DNA of 32,000 nucleotides from Candidatus Iainarchaeum sp. (GTDB taxonomy: Archaea > Iainarchaeota > Iainarchaeia > Iainarchaeales > CSSED10-239): positions 1 through 32,000 of the forward strand of contig JAQVTI010000002.1 in NCBI GenBank assembly GCA_028700115.1. Reading direction: 5' to 3'. The notes beneath the pieces were generated by a model. That model saw nothing but the letters and a program-made list of their open reading frames with translations, was not told the DNA's origin and searched no databases. Below, in pieces: positions 8,101 to 16,045 of this stretch (position 1 is its first letter; each line of letters opens with the position of its first letter). The position numbers and the translations under genes were made by a program.

Positions 8101-8402
8101 AAAAACATAAAAATATTATGCCTATTAAAAATATTTTTTTAAAAAGAAAAAATTCTTTAATTTTGGATGATTCTAATAATTTTAAAAAGATTGTTTTAGA
8201 TAAGAAAGATGTTTTAGATAAGAAAGATGTTTTAGATAAGAAAGATGTTTTAGATAAGAAAGATGGTTTTAAGTTAGTTTATGATTCTTTTTTAATTAAT
8301 AATAATTCTAATATCAAAAGAAAGTCTCTAAATATGGTTGATAATAAAAAAATGGTTTCTAAAAAGAATTTAGATAGTTTTAATTTTTCTAAAAATTTTT
8401 AG
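5175..8402 (+). CDS. Large secreted/surface-anchored protein with C-terminal TM and repetitive cytoplasmic tail
   Basis: Signal peptide (MKFKIYLIFIILVFISSTLCA), long beta-rich ectodomain with recurring C/NxT-type segments (FENGVSC..SDISK / FENGVSC.YTDISK), TM (SITLIFLIILFLIIIVYFI) followed by a basic cluster and KKDVLD repeats. Confidence 0.85.
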   Translation: MKFKIYLIFIILVFISSTLCASYIGFEYTEVRSTSYYTFSNTQYSNYYEPIDLRFSAYSSGFNNYVPVRVTPRVYGVLPNGQLNFVYTLPTSSYLLYPNLPISYTYNNLFYFDPEYQFYEIKLDIVTTDGVYSDTDTSYVYFEENGTSGNSGNSGNTNDLEVIDCSKFSLSGFYDIYLEEDKEDTYDLYIYNSVDFPLDILSVITNDLSELDVEDITYPYTISSYQTRSAQIDLLADTVSDDYSSFMDVYVTAKYGDLVCNKEFRVNYTIEDKENPSTADCSDIDFENISFEIMEDSSDRFEIDITNNSYDYEFEIESVSINDSENLDVDVSYYPSRINVDQTRTLKINVDSEEIDSSTTEEIEVKVKGVMTRDGREDKTCKVNQDFRFRIIDSENTSGFGECSDIKIYTSQISQVENISKDYSLQDGFYIYNSSNKDFIITNIVFDDRSSDYDISKNPMSYTVNAFSKNSLNFNLKTYDVFNDLYKSKVNVYGKFENGVSCLYSDISKEFNIYIGKEQNQCSLIKPDSINVNEGKNTLRVYNNSNLDFIVNDVLKSNLSDLDIDVIDNSFTINKNSYKDIEFGVLGKSGYAELLYKGGFENGVSCSYTDISKSILKSNNYYLSGDCEFSFDFPKYLTLNSNQDIKSFEIFFKNKTNKSGYIELTTDGANISPSFLYFSSFEDFTNNVFISDFINSTIINYNIKLSDCPKVNYSTFLKKEIILDNSLELLSFSNEISSTSNQIDTSVVLRNNSDFSKTFVVALSGFPSSLSYLVSDNLNFSNSNNVFTIAPHQEKILYFRINSSILTNNSFNGFFEFFIDDSLVLQKPLKITLISNHVVEFLMSVDVLDSSNSFSKFISIDVVNNSLNDINSVIVFNNLKENMDVLGDDLNFFILKNSNIIKQYEIKSSSFFPKDYNLDVMLYDFDKNIPLASTNVVFNRKGSLFNTGFFSLGVFNSITLIFLIILFLIIIVYFIKKHKNIMPIKNIFLKRKNSLILDDSNNFKKIVLDKKDVLDKKDVLDKKDVLDKKDGFKLVYDSFLINNNSNIKRKSLNMVDNKKMVSKKNLDSFNFSKNF
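8193..8264 (+). repeat. In-frame tandem repeat, 4 x 18 bp (VLDKKD)
   Basis: Four identical copies of gttttagataagaaagat. Confidence 0.95.
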
Positions 8403-8587
8403 TTATTTTTATATTTTATTAATATTCTGAGTTTTTTTAGAATGTTTTTTTAGGTTTTGAAATCTTTTGCACCTTATTTTTGCATTTAAAGCTTATTTTA
8501 TTCTTTTAAGTTTTTTTTGTGCAAATTGAGTGCTTTTTAGGTTGTTTTTTGGCAATCTATTTATAAAGTTTTCTATTCAGTTAATTA

Positions 8588-8595
8588 TTATATAA
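8588..8595 (+). promoter_or_regulatory. Candidate TATA box for the ribosomal superoperon
   Basis: TTATATAA in the 402-nt gap before uL3, roughly 25-35 nt before the inverted-repeat leader element. Confidence 0.4.
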
Positions 8596-8638
8596 ACAAT
8601 ATAAGCTTTGTACACTGCTAGTTAACAGGTACAATATA

Positions 8639-8662
8639 TTAACTTTTTTAATTAAAAGTTAA
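8639..8662 (+). promoter_or_regulatory. Inverted repeat in the uL3 leader
   Basis: TTAACTTTT-TTAATT-AAAAGTTAA (9-bp perfect stem), flanked by near-direct repeats AGTTAACAGGTACA (8620) and AGTTAACATGTAAA (8657). Confidence 0.5.
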
Positions 8663-8804
8663 CATGTAAATGCAAAGCAAGATTTATGTGTTTTTTTAAA
8701 AATTTTAAAAAAGTAGATTTATGTTTGTGCATTTTTATAAAAAATGATTTAATATATTTAAAAAAATTTAAAAATATTTTAAAAAATAATAATGTGTTTT
8801 TAAT

Positions 8805-9788
8805 ATGCCAAGAAGATATAAACCAAGAGCTGGTTCTATGGCTTTTTACCCTAGGGTAAAAGCAAAATCAATTATTCCTAAGTTTAATAGTTTTGGAGAT
8901 ATTGTAAATAATTCAGATTGTAAGCCTCTTTGTTTTTTTACAATTAAAGCAGGTATGGCCCAAGTAATTGGTAAAGATGCTCATAAGAAGAGTTCTACTT
9001 ATGGTCAAGAAGTTGTAACTTCTGTAACTTTACTTGATGCTCCTGATTTGAAGGTTGTAGGAGCCAGATTTTATAAAGATAATAAAATTATTTTTGGGAA
9101 AAAAGCTGTTTTTGAATTTTTAAATTTTGATAATTTAATTTCACGAAAAATAAAAGGTAAAAATTCAAAAAAAACAATTTCTTTAGATGATATTTTAAAA
9201 AGAAAAGATGAAGCAAATTCTTTAGTTTTATTAGCTTATTTAGATTCTAAAAAAACATCTACTGGTCAAAAGAAACCAATTTTAGCAGAGATTCCTTTGT
9301 CAGGAGATTATGATTCTCAAATAAATTATTTAAAAGAGAAATTAAATAAAACCATTTCTGCTTTAGAAGTTTTTAATGCTGATACTTATTTAGATGTTAA
9401 GTCTATTTCTAAAGGACATGGAACAACAGGTCCTGTTAAAAGATTTAATATAAAAACATTAAGACCAAAACACCAACAAATAGAAAGACATGTTGGTTCA
9501 ATTGGTCCATGGCATCCTGCTACAATAATGTATACTGTTCCTAGAGCAGGTCAACATGGTTTCCATAATAGAACTGCTTATAATAAAAAATTATTAATGA
9601 TAGATTCAGATGTAAATAAAGTTAATTTTAAAGCAGGTTTACAAAATTATGGGGTTTTAAAAAATAATTATCTTGTGGTTGCTGGTTCTGTTCCAGGTCC
9701 TGTTAAAAGAGTTGTAGTTTTAAGAAATGCAACAAGACCACAAAGAAATTTAGTAGAGTTAACAGATATAAAAATTATAGTTAATTAA
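8805..9788 (+). CDS. rpl3: 50S ribosomal protein L3 (uL3)
   Basis: MPRRYKPRAGSMAFYPR...; GHGTTGPVKRF...HRTAYNKK. Confidence 0.97.
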   Translation: MPRRYKPRAGSMAFYPRVKAKSIIPKFNSFGDIVNNSDCKPLCFFTIKAGMAQVIGKDAHKKSSTYGQEVVTSVTLLDAPDLKVVGARFYKDNKIIFGKKAVFEFLNFDNLISRKIKGKNSKKTISLDDILKRKDEANSLVLLAYLDSKKTSTGQKKPILAEIPLSGDYDSQINYLKEKLNKTISALEVFNADTYLDVKSISKGHGTTGPVKRFNIKTLRPKHQQIERHVGSIGPWHPATIMYTVPRAGQHGFHNRTAYNKKLLMIDSDVNKVNFKAGLQNYGVLKNNYLVVAGSVPGPVKRVVVLRNATRPQRNLVELTDIKIIVN

Positions 9789-9799
9789 AGTGGGTTTTT

Positions 9800-10618
9800 A
9801 TGAAAACAAATGTTTTTAATTTAGAAGGAAAAGTAATTAAGGAAATTAATTTGCCAAGCTTTTTTGAAGAAAATTATAGACCTGATCTTATTAAAAGAGC
9901 AGTAATTTCAAGTCAATCAAAAAGTTATCAACCAAAAGGTAATTCTCCTTATTCAAATAGACTAAATACTGCTGAATATAGAGGTGTAAGAAAACCAAGT
10001 AGAATGAAAAATTCTATTAATACAGGTCATGCAAGACTTCCAAGATTAAAAAATAGAACAGTTCTTATGGCTGGAAGAGTTGCAGGGGTTTCTCAAGCAT
10101 TAGGTGGACCTAGAGCGCATCCTCCAAAAGTTTCAAAAATTTTAGTTAAAAAAATAAATTCAAAGGAAAGAACAAAAGCAATTTTAAGTGCAATTTCTGC
10201 AACTGCAAGTAAGTCTATTGTAAGTGTTAGAGGTTCTTTACTTCCTGAAACAATAAAAACTCTCCCAATTATTGTTGATTCTTCTTTAGAAGATGTTTTA
10301 AAAACAAAAGATGTTGATTCTTTTTTAGAAAAATTAGGATTAATTGAAAATATACAAAAAGCTAAAGATGCAAAAACTTTTAGAGCAGGAAGAGGAAAAA
10401 CAAGGGGTAGACGATATAAAAGAAGAAAAAGTATTTTGTTTGTTTTAGGAGATAATAAAAATTATAAGTCCTTTTTAAATATTGAAGGTGTTGATGTAAT
10501 TAATGCAAAATATCTTTCAATTAATGAACTTGCTCCTGGAACACATGCAGGAAGATTAACAATTTATACTGAAAATGCAATTGAAGAGTTAAAAAACAGA
10601 TTTTCTAAGGTGAATTAA
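9800..10618 (+). CDS. rpl4: 50S ribosomal protein L4 (uL4)
   Basis: GNSPYSNRLNTAEYRGVRKPSRMKNSINTGHARLPR...GRGKTRGRRYKRRKS. Confidence 0.96.
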   Translation: MKTNVFNLEGKVIKEINLPSFFEENYRPDLIKRAVISSQSKSYQPKGNSPYSNRLNTAEYRGVRKPSRMKNSINTGHARLPRLKNRTVLMAGRVAGVSQALGGPRAHPPKVSKILVKKINSKERTKAILSAISATASKSIVSVRGSLLPETIKTLPIIVDSSLEDVLKTKDVDSFLEKLGLIENIQKAKDAKTFRAGRGKTRGRRYKRRKSILFVLGDNKNYKSFLNIEGVDVINAKYLSINELAPGTHAGRLTIYTENAIEELKNRFSKVN

Positions 10619-10619
10619 A

Positions 10620-10889
10620 ATGAAAATTATAGAATATTATGATGTTGTAGAATATCCTGTTATTACAGAAAAAGCTGTTGATTTAATTTCAACTGCAAAT
10701 AGATTAACTTTTGTTGTTAATAAAAAGTCTACAAAAGCACAAATTAAAGATGCTGTCGAAAAAATGTATAATGTGAAAGTTAAAACTATTAATACTTTAT
10801 TAGATAGAAAAAATAGAAAAAAAGCATTTGTTACTCTTTCAAAGGAAAATAATGCCCAAGATGTAGCAAATAAGCTTGGAATATTATAG
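10620..10889 (+). CDS. rpl23: 50S ribosomal protein L23 (uL23)
   Basis: YPVITEKAVDL...NRLTFVVNKKSTKAQIKDAVEKMYNVKVKTINTL. Confidence 0.96.
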   Translation: MKIIEYYDVVEYPVITEKAVDLISTANRLTFVVNKKSTKAQIKDAVEKMYNVKVKTINTLLDRKNRKKAFVTLSKENNAQDVANKLGIL

Positions 10890-10914
10890 ATATTAATTTT
10901 TAAAGGTAATTACT

Positions 10915-11619
10915 ATGGGAAGAAGATTAAAACTTCAAAGAAGAGGAAAAGGAAGTCCAAAGTATAAATCTACTATTCATGCAAAAGTAGATATTAGGTA
11001 TAATCATTTTAAAGAACTTGTAAAAGCACAAGTTATAGAAATGATTACAGATCCAGTAAGGTCTGCGCCTATTGCAAAAATTCTTTTAGAAACTGGACAA
11101 ACAGATTATGTAATATGTTCTGAAGGTCTTTTAACTGGTCAAAAGTTAGAGTTTGGGCAAGGTGCTAGTCAAAAAGTTGGTAATGTTTTATTTTTAGAAG
11201 ATATTGCTCCTGGTACTCAAATATTTAATATTGAAAAAAACTTTGGAGATGGTGGGAAATTTGTTAGAGCAAGTGGACAATCTGCAGTTTTAGTTTCAAA
11301 AAAAGAAAAAGCTATGGTGAAATTACCTTCTGGACAATTAAAAACATTTCCATTAGGAGTTAGAGCTACAATTGGTGTTGTAGCTGCTTCAGGAAGAACA
11401 AATAAACCATTTGTTACTGCTGGTAGTAAATTCCATGCAATGAAAGCAAAAAGCAAACCTTATCCAAGAGTTAGAGGTGTTGCTATGAACCCTGTTGATC
11501 ATCCTTTTGGTGGTTTTCAACATCATGTAGGGCATTCTAAGTCTACTTCAAGACATGCTCCTGCTGGTAGAAAAGTTGGTTCAATTGCATCAAAGAGAAC
11601 TGGAAGAAAGAAGAAGTAA
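10915..11619 (+). CDS. rpl2: 50S ribosomal protein L2 (uL2)
   Basis: MGRRLKLQRRGKGSPKY...RGVAMNPVDHPFGGFQHHVGHSKSTSRHAPAGRKVGSIASKRTGR. Confidence 0.98.
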   Translation: MGRRLKLQRRGKGSPKYKSTIHAKVDIRYNHFKELVKAQVIEMITDPVRSAPIAKILLETGQTDYVICSEGLLTGQKLEFGQGASQKVGNVLFLEDIAPGTQIFNIEKNFGDGGKFVRASGQSAVLVSKKEKAMVKLPSGQLKTFPLGVRATIGVVAASGRTNKPFVTAGSKFHAMKAKSKPYPRVRGVAMNPVDHPFGGFQHHVGHSKSTSRHAPAGRKVGSIASKRTGRKKK

Positions 11620-11631
11620 ATGTGAGTTTAA

Positions 11632-12018
11632 ATGGAAGAACCAAATGATTTTTTATATAAAGGTAAATCTTTAGATGATTTAAAAAAATTATCTTTAAAA
11701 GAGTTTGCAAGTTTAGTAAATTCTAGAGCTAGACGAAATATTATTAGAAATGAATCTGATCAGTTTTATCAAAGAGTTGAAAAAGATATAAAGCAAAATA
11801 ATATTAGAACACATAGAAGAGATTTAATTGTGACTCCTAAAATGGTTGGAAAGACAATAAGTATTTATAATGGAAAAGAGTTTAAACCAGTTTTTATTGT
11901 TTCAGAAATGCTTGGGCATTATTTAGGGGAATTTGTTCTTACTAGAAAAAGATTAATTCATGGTAAAGCAGGAATTGGTGCTACAAAGTCAAGTACTGCA
12001 ATAAGTGAAAGAAAGTAA
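11632..12018 (+). CDS. rps19: 30S ribosomal protein S19 (uS19)
   Basis: KTISIYNGKEFKPVFIVSEMLGHYLGEFVLTRKRLIHGKAGIGATKSS. Confidence 0.96.
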   Translation: MEEPNDFLYKGKSLDDLKKLSLKEFASLVNSRARRNIIRNESDQFYQRVEKDIKQNNIRTHRRDLIVTPKMVGKTISIYNGKEFKPVFIVSEMLGHYLGEFVLTRKRLIHGKAGIGATKSSTAISERK

Positions 12019-12030
12019 AGGTAGATTAAT

Positions 12031-12501
12031 ATGACTTTAAAAAATTATAATTATCAAAAACCTTTGGATGAAAAAAGAATTGCAAAGGCATCTAGGCAAA
12101 ATGCAAAAGTTTCTACAAAATATTCAATAGAATTTTGTAATTATTTTAAAAATATGCCATTAAAAAAAGCAATAAAAATTTCTCAAGATATTCAAGATAA
12201 AAAAGATTTTCTACCATTAGTTAGATTTAATAAAAAAGTTGGGCATAGAAAAGGTCAATCTAAAAGAGGAGTTTCTTCAGGAAGATATCCTATTAAATGT
12301 GCTGCTTTAGTAAAAGAGTTATTAAAAGATGTTTCTTCTAATGCAGAAGATAAAAATTTAGATATTAATAAATTAAAAATCATTCACATGTTTGCTTCAA
12401 AAGGAGTAACTAGATCTAAATTGCAACCTCTAGGAAGAGTTAGCGGTAAGCAAAGAGAGTCTAAATCAACAAACATAGAAGTGATTGTTCTGGAGGAATA
12501 A
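12031..12501 (+). CDS. rpl22: 50S ribosomal protein L22 (uL22)
   Basis: VGHRKGQSKRGVSSGRYPIKCAALVKELLKDVSSNAE...KLQPLGRVSGKQRESKSTNIEVIV. Confidence 0.95.
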   Translation: MTLKNYNYQKPLDEKRIAKASRQNAKVSTKYSIEFCNYFKNMPLKKAIKISQDIQDKKDFLPLVRFNKKVGHRKGQSKRGVSSGRYPIKCAALVKELLKDVSSNAEDKNLDINKLKIIHMFASKGVTRSKLQPLGRVSGKQRESKSTNIEVIVLEE

Positions 12502-12504
12502 TCT

Positions 12505-13500
12505 GTGAAGGAAAATATTTTTGTAAAAGATAAATTAAAAAAGATTGCAATTGCAAACTATCTTAAAAAAAAACTAAAAAGTGCAGGATTTATAGATGTT
12601 GAAGTTGTTAAAACTTCTTTTAATACAAGAATTGTAATTTATTCTTTAAAGCCTGGTTTTATTATTGGTAAAAAAGGTGCAAATATCAGAGAACTTACTA
12701 ATGATTTAGAAAATAAGTTTGGATATTCAAAAGTTCATATAGAAATTGGAGAAATTCCAAATAAAAATTTAGATGCAAAAGTAATAATAGAAAATATTGA
12801 AGCAAATATTTCTAAGGGAATTTCTTGGAAAAGCGTTGTATATTCTGCATTAAGACAAATTAAAAATGCTGGTGCAATTGGTGCTGAAATTGTTGCAAAA
12901 GGAAACACTGCGGGAAAAGGTCAAAGAAAAAGAAAATCTAGATTCTTTTTTGGATATATGAAAAAAGCAGGAGATCAAAAAGATCTTGTAAGTTTTGAGA
13001 AAAAAACTACTTTTCCTGGTCTTGGAACAATTGGTATAAGACTTAGAATTGTAAAACCAGATATTATGTTTAGTGATAAAGTAGATGTTTCTGAACTTTG
13101 TAGAGATTTTAAAATAAAAATGGAAGAAGAAATTTTAGAAAAATCTAAAGAAAAAATTGATAATGTAGATAAAAGTTCAAAAGATATTAAAGAAAAAGAT
13201 ATTAAAGAAAAAGATATTAAAGAAAAAGATATTAAAGAAAAAGATATTAAAGAAAAAGATATTAAAGAAAAAGATATTAAAGAAAAAGATATTAAAGAAA
13301 AAGATATTAAAGAAATTTCTAATGATAAAAAAAGTTTATCTAAAAAGAAAGTTTCTAAAGAAAATAGTTCTTTAAAAAAAGATATTTCTAAAAAAGTAAC
13401 TTCAAAAGTAAAAGATGTTTTAAAAACAAAAGATGATAGTAAAAATTTATCTATATCTAATGATTCTAAATTAGATGATTTAATAAAAGTAGATAAATAA
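12505..13500 (+). CDS. rps3: 30S ribosomal protein S3 (uS3) with long repetitive lysine-rich C-terminal extension
   Basis: KPGFIIGKKGANIRELTNDLENKFG...GTAGKGQRKRKSRFFFGYMKKAGDQ; ORF-track start is a GTG with an upstream SD-like GGAGGA. Confidence 0.96.
   Translation: MKENIFVKDKLKKIAIANYLKKKLKSAGFIDVEVVKTSFNTRIVIYSLKPGFIIGKKGANIRELTNDLENKFGYSKVHIEIGEIPNKNLDAKVIIENIEANISKGISWKSVVYSALRQIKNAGAIGAEIVAKGNTAGKGQRKRKSRFFFGYMKKAGDQKDLVSFEKKTTFPGLGTIGIRLRIVKPDIMFSDKVDVSELCRDFKIKMEEEILEKSKEKIDNVDKSSKDIKEKDIKEKDIKEKDIKEKDIKEKDIKEKDIKEKDIKEKDIKEISNDKKSLSKKKVSKENSSLKKDISKKVTSKVKDVLKTKDDSKNLSISNDSKLDDLIKVDK
13180..13314 (+). repeat. In-frame tandem repeat in rps3, 9 x 15 bp (KDIKE)
   Basis: Nine identical copies of aaagatattaaagaa. 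Confidence 0.96.
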
Positions 13501-13521
13501 TTATTTAAGAGTTGATTTTAA

Positions 13522-13749
13522 ATGGTTAAAAAAAGAAAAATTGAATACAATTCAATTGAAGAGATTGATAATAAAGTTAAAAAATTAAAATTAGATCTTG
13601 CTAAACATAAAGGTATGCTTGCTTCTAAGACAAAAACTAACAATACTTCTAAAAAAGGTGAACTTAAAAAAGAAATTGCAAGACTTTTAACTAAAAAAAA
13701 TCAATTATCTAAATTAAATTTAGTTAATGCCGTGGAGGGTAAGAAATAA
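13522..13749 (+). CDS. rpl29: 50S ribosomal protein L29 (uL29)
   Basis: Small helical Lys-rich protein in the conserved position between S3 and SUI1; LKLDLAKHKGMLAS.. Confidence 0.85.
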   Translation: MVKKRKIEYNSIEEIDNKVKKLKLDLAKHKGMLASKTKTNNTSKKGELKKEIARLLTKKNQLSKLNLVNAVEGKK

Positions 13750-14051
13750 TGAAAGATATAAGTTCTGTTAGTCATCTTTCAAATGAGATTTTTGATTTAA
13801 ATTCTATTTCAAAAGAATCTCAACAAATAAAAATTACAATTGAAAGAAAAAAATTTAAAAAATTTGCAACATTAATTTCTGGGTTTTCAAAAACTTCAGA
13901 AGCAAAAGATGTTGAAAAATATTTAAAAAAAAAGCTTGCTTGTGGTGGTACAACAAAGAATAATGTTGTTGAAATTCAAGGTAATCAAAAAGATAAAGTT
14001 AAGCTTTTATTAATTGAAAAAGGTTATCAAGAGGAATTAATTGATGCTTAA
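13749..14051 (+). CDS. Translation initiation factor aIF1 / SUI1
   Basis: IKITIERKKFKKFATLISGFSKTSEAKDVEKYLKKKLACGGTTKNNVVEIQG; SUI1 pattern. Confidence 0.93.
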   Translation: MKDISSVSHLSNEIFDLNSISKESQQIKITIERKKFKKFATLISGFSKTSEAKDVEKYLKKKLACGGTTKNNVVEIQGNQKDKVKLLLIEKGYQEELIDA

Positions 14052-14232
14052 TTTAAAAGATATTGAAATGATTGGAAAAAGTTATAAAATAGAAAATGCT
14101 TCAGATCCTTCAAAAATTGGGTTTATTGGAAGAGTAATTTTTATAACTAATGATGAAATTGTATTTGATGATTCTCAAAAAATTTTTAAAATTAAAAAAA
14201 ATGAAATTATTAAATTAAAAAAAATTATGTGA
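14044..14232 (+). CDS. rnp1: Ribonuclease P protein component 1 (Rpp29/Pop4), short form (about 62 aa)
   Basis: MIGKSYKIENASDPSKIGFIGRVIFITNDEIVFDDSQKIFKIKKNEI in the conserved position before uS17. ATG 14044 preferred over TTG 14041. Confidence 0.8.
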   Translation: MLNLKDIEMIGKSYKIENASDPSKIGFIGRVIFITNDEIVFDDSQKIFKIKKNEIIKLKKIM

Positions 14233-14237
14233 TTTTT

Positions 14238-14519
14238 ATGGTAAATAATAAACAAACAAATAATTTAAGTGTTAGAGGAAAAATGGTAGAGGGAAAAGTT
14301 ATTAGAATGAAGTCTAAAAAAACTGCTCAAATTGAAATCTCTAGAACTAAATTTATCCCAAAATATGAAAGATATTTATTTGAAAAAAGTAAATTTGCTG
14401 CACATGTTCCTGATGGATTAGAAATTTCTGTAGGGGATAATGTTTTATGTGGTGAAACTAGAAAAATAAGTAAAACTAAATCCATGATTGTTATTAAAAA
14501 ACAAGATATTAAAAATTAA
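14238..14519 (+). CDS. rps17: 30S ribosomal protein S17 (uS17)
   Basis: VRGKMVEGKVIRMKSKKTAQIEISRTKFIPKYERYLFEKSKFAAHVPDGLEISVGDNVLCGETRKISKTKSMIVI. Confidence 0.95.
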   Translation: MVNNKQTNNLSVRGKMVEGKVIRMKSKKTAQIEISRTKFIPKYERYLFEKSKFAAHVPDGLEISVGDNVLCGETRKISKTKSMIVIKKQDIKN

Positions 14520-14542
14520 TTTTTTAAAAAAGGTGTATAAGT

Positions 14543-14941
14543 ATGAAACAAATAAGTGCAAATGTTACAAGAGGGCTTTGTACAAAGTCTCAATGTGTGT
14601 GTACAGATAATAGTGGTGCAAAAATTGTTGAAATTATTTCTGTTTATAAATTTAAAAATAGAAAAACACAATTTCCTTCTGCAGGAATAGGATCTCTTGT
14701 AAATGTTGTTGTTAAAAAAGGTACCCCTAATATGAAAAAAAAAATTGAAAAAGCAGTAATTGTTAGAGTAAAAAAAGAATATAGAAGAAAAAATGGTAAA
14801 AGAATTTGTTTTGAAGATAATGCTGTTGTTTTAACAGATTTAAAAGGATTTCCAAAAGCATCTGAAGTTAAAGGATGTGTTGCTAAAGAAGTTGGTGAAA
14901 GATATCCAAAGATAGCAGGGCTTTCTTCTGCTGTTATATAA
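14543..14941 (+). CDS. rpl14: 50S ribosomal protein L14 (uL14)
   Basis: CTDNSGAKIVEIISVYKFKNRKTQFPSAGIGSLVNVVVKKGTP. Confidence 0.96.
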   Translation: MKQISANVTRGLCTKSQCVCTDNSGAKIVEIISVYKFKNRKTQFPSAGIGSLVNVVVKKGTPNMKKKIEKAVIVRVKKEYRRKNGKRICFEDNAVVLTDLKGFPKASEVKGCVAKEVGERYPKIAGLSSAVI

Positions 14942-14971
14942 ATTTATTTTTAAAAAAATTATAAAGAATGA

Positions 14972-15340
14972 TTGTTAATGAATACTAAAACTAAAAACCC
15001 AGGAAAACAAAGAAAATTGTTTTTTAAGGCCCCACTTCATCTTAAAAGAAAGCAAGTTGTTGCTCCAATTGATAAAAAGAAAGCTTTAGAAATTGGAAAA
15101 AAAGCTTTACCTATAAGAAAAGGTGATACTGTAAAAGTACTTGTTGGAAAATATAAGGGTAAAAGTGGAAAAGTTGAAAAAGTAAGTTATATTAAATCTA
15201 AAGTTTATATAAAAGATTTAGTTTATAAAAATTTAAAAGGTCAAGAAAAATTTGTTCCTTTTACACCATCTAATTTAGTTATTTTAGATGTAGTTTTAAG
15301 TGATTCTAAAAGATTTAAAAAATCACCAAAGGTGAAATAG
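14972..15340 (+). CDS. rpl24: 50S ribosomal protein L24 (uL24)
   Basis: IRKGDTVKVLVGKYKGKSGKVEKV (KOW motif). Confidence 0.95.
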   Translation: MLMNTKTKNPGKQRKLFFKAPLHLKRKQVVAPIDKKKALEIGKKALPIRKGDTVKVLVGKYKGKSGKVEKVSYIKSKVYIKDLVYKNLKGQEKFVPFTPSNLVILDVVLSDSKRFKKSPKVK

Positions 15341-15341
15341 T

Positions 15342-16031
15342 ATGGCAAATAAAGGCGAAACTAAATGTTTAAAAATAAGTAGTGTTAGAGTTGTTTCTGG
15401 GCTTGATAAAACAAAAAGATTTATATATAAACAAAATCCAGGAAAACATACATCTAATACTTCATTAAGTGTAGGTTATATTTTAAAAGATATCTTACAT
15501 CTTGCAGATAATACTAGAGAAGTAAAATATATTATAAAAAATAGAGAAATTTATATTGATAAAAAGAAAGTTAAAGATCATAGATTCCCTGTTGGATTAT
15601 ATGATATTTTTGAAATTCCTAAATTAAATAAATTTTATAGAATTTATTATAAATTAAATGGTTCTTTATCTTTAAAAGAAATCACTAAAGAAGAAGCAAC
15701 TTTTAAAATTTGTAAAATTAAATCTAAAAAGATTTTAGGAAAAGAAAAAGTTCAATTAACTACAAATGATGGTAGAACAATAATTACTACAAATATTGCT
15801 TATAAACCAAAGGCTTCTATAAAATTAGATTTAGAAGAAAATGTTATAAAAGAATATTTTCCTTTAGAAAAAGGAAGAGAAGTTTTAGTTATTGGTGGAA
15901 AACATATTGGTCAAATTGCAAAAATTGAATCAATTAAGCCAAGTAATATGCAAAGACAAATGTTGATTCAATTAAAAGAAAGTGGAATTGACTTTGAAAC
16001 TACAGAAAAAAATATAGTTGTAATAAATTAA
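15342..16031 (+). CDS. rps4e: 30S ribosomal protein S4e (eS4)
   Basis: Position and sequence: VSGLDKTKRFIYKQNPGKHTSNTSLSVGYILKDILHLADNTREVKYIIKNREIYIDKKKVKDHRFPVGLYDIFEI. Confidence 0.94.
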   Translation: MANKGETKCLKISSVRVVSGLDKTKRFIYKQNPGKHTSNTSLSVGYILKDILHLADNTREVKYIIKNREIYIDKKKVKDHRFPVGLYDIFEIPKLNKFYRIYYKLNGSLSLKEITKEEATFKICKIKSKKILGKEKVQLTTNDGRTIITTNIAYKPKASIKLDLEENVIKEYFPLEKGREVLVIGGKHIGQIAKIESIKPSNMQRQMLIQLKESGIDFETTEKNIVVIN

Positions 16032-16045
16032 TTAATGTGATTTTT

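Noticed and set aside
11217-11456. Minus-strand ORF inside rpl2
   Set aside because: Antisense shadow of a strongly conserved ribosomal gene. The same applies to 16486-16668, 17756-17956, 20255-20674, 20845-21168, 21349-21576, 26350-26613, 27268-27609, 29997-30182 and 30223-30501.
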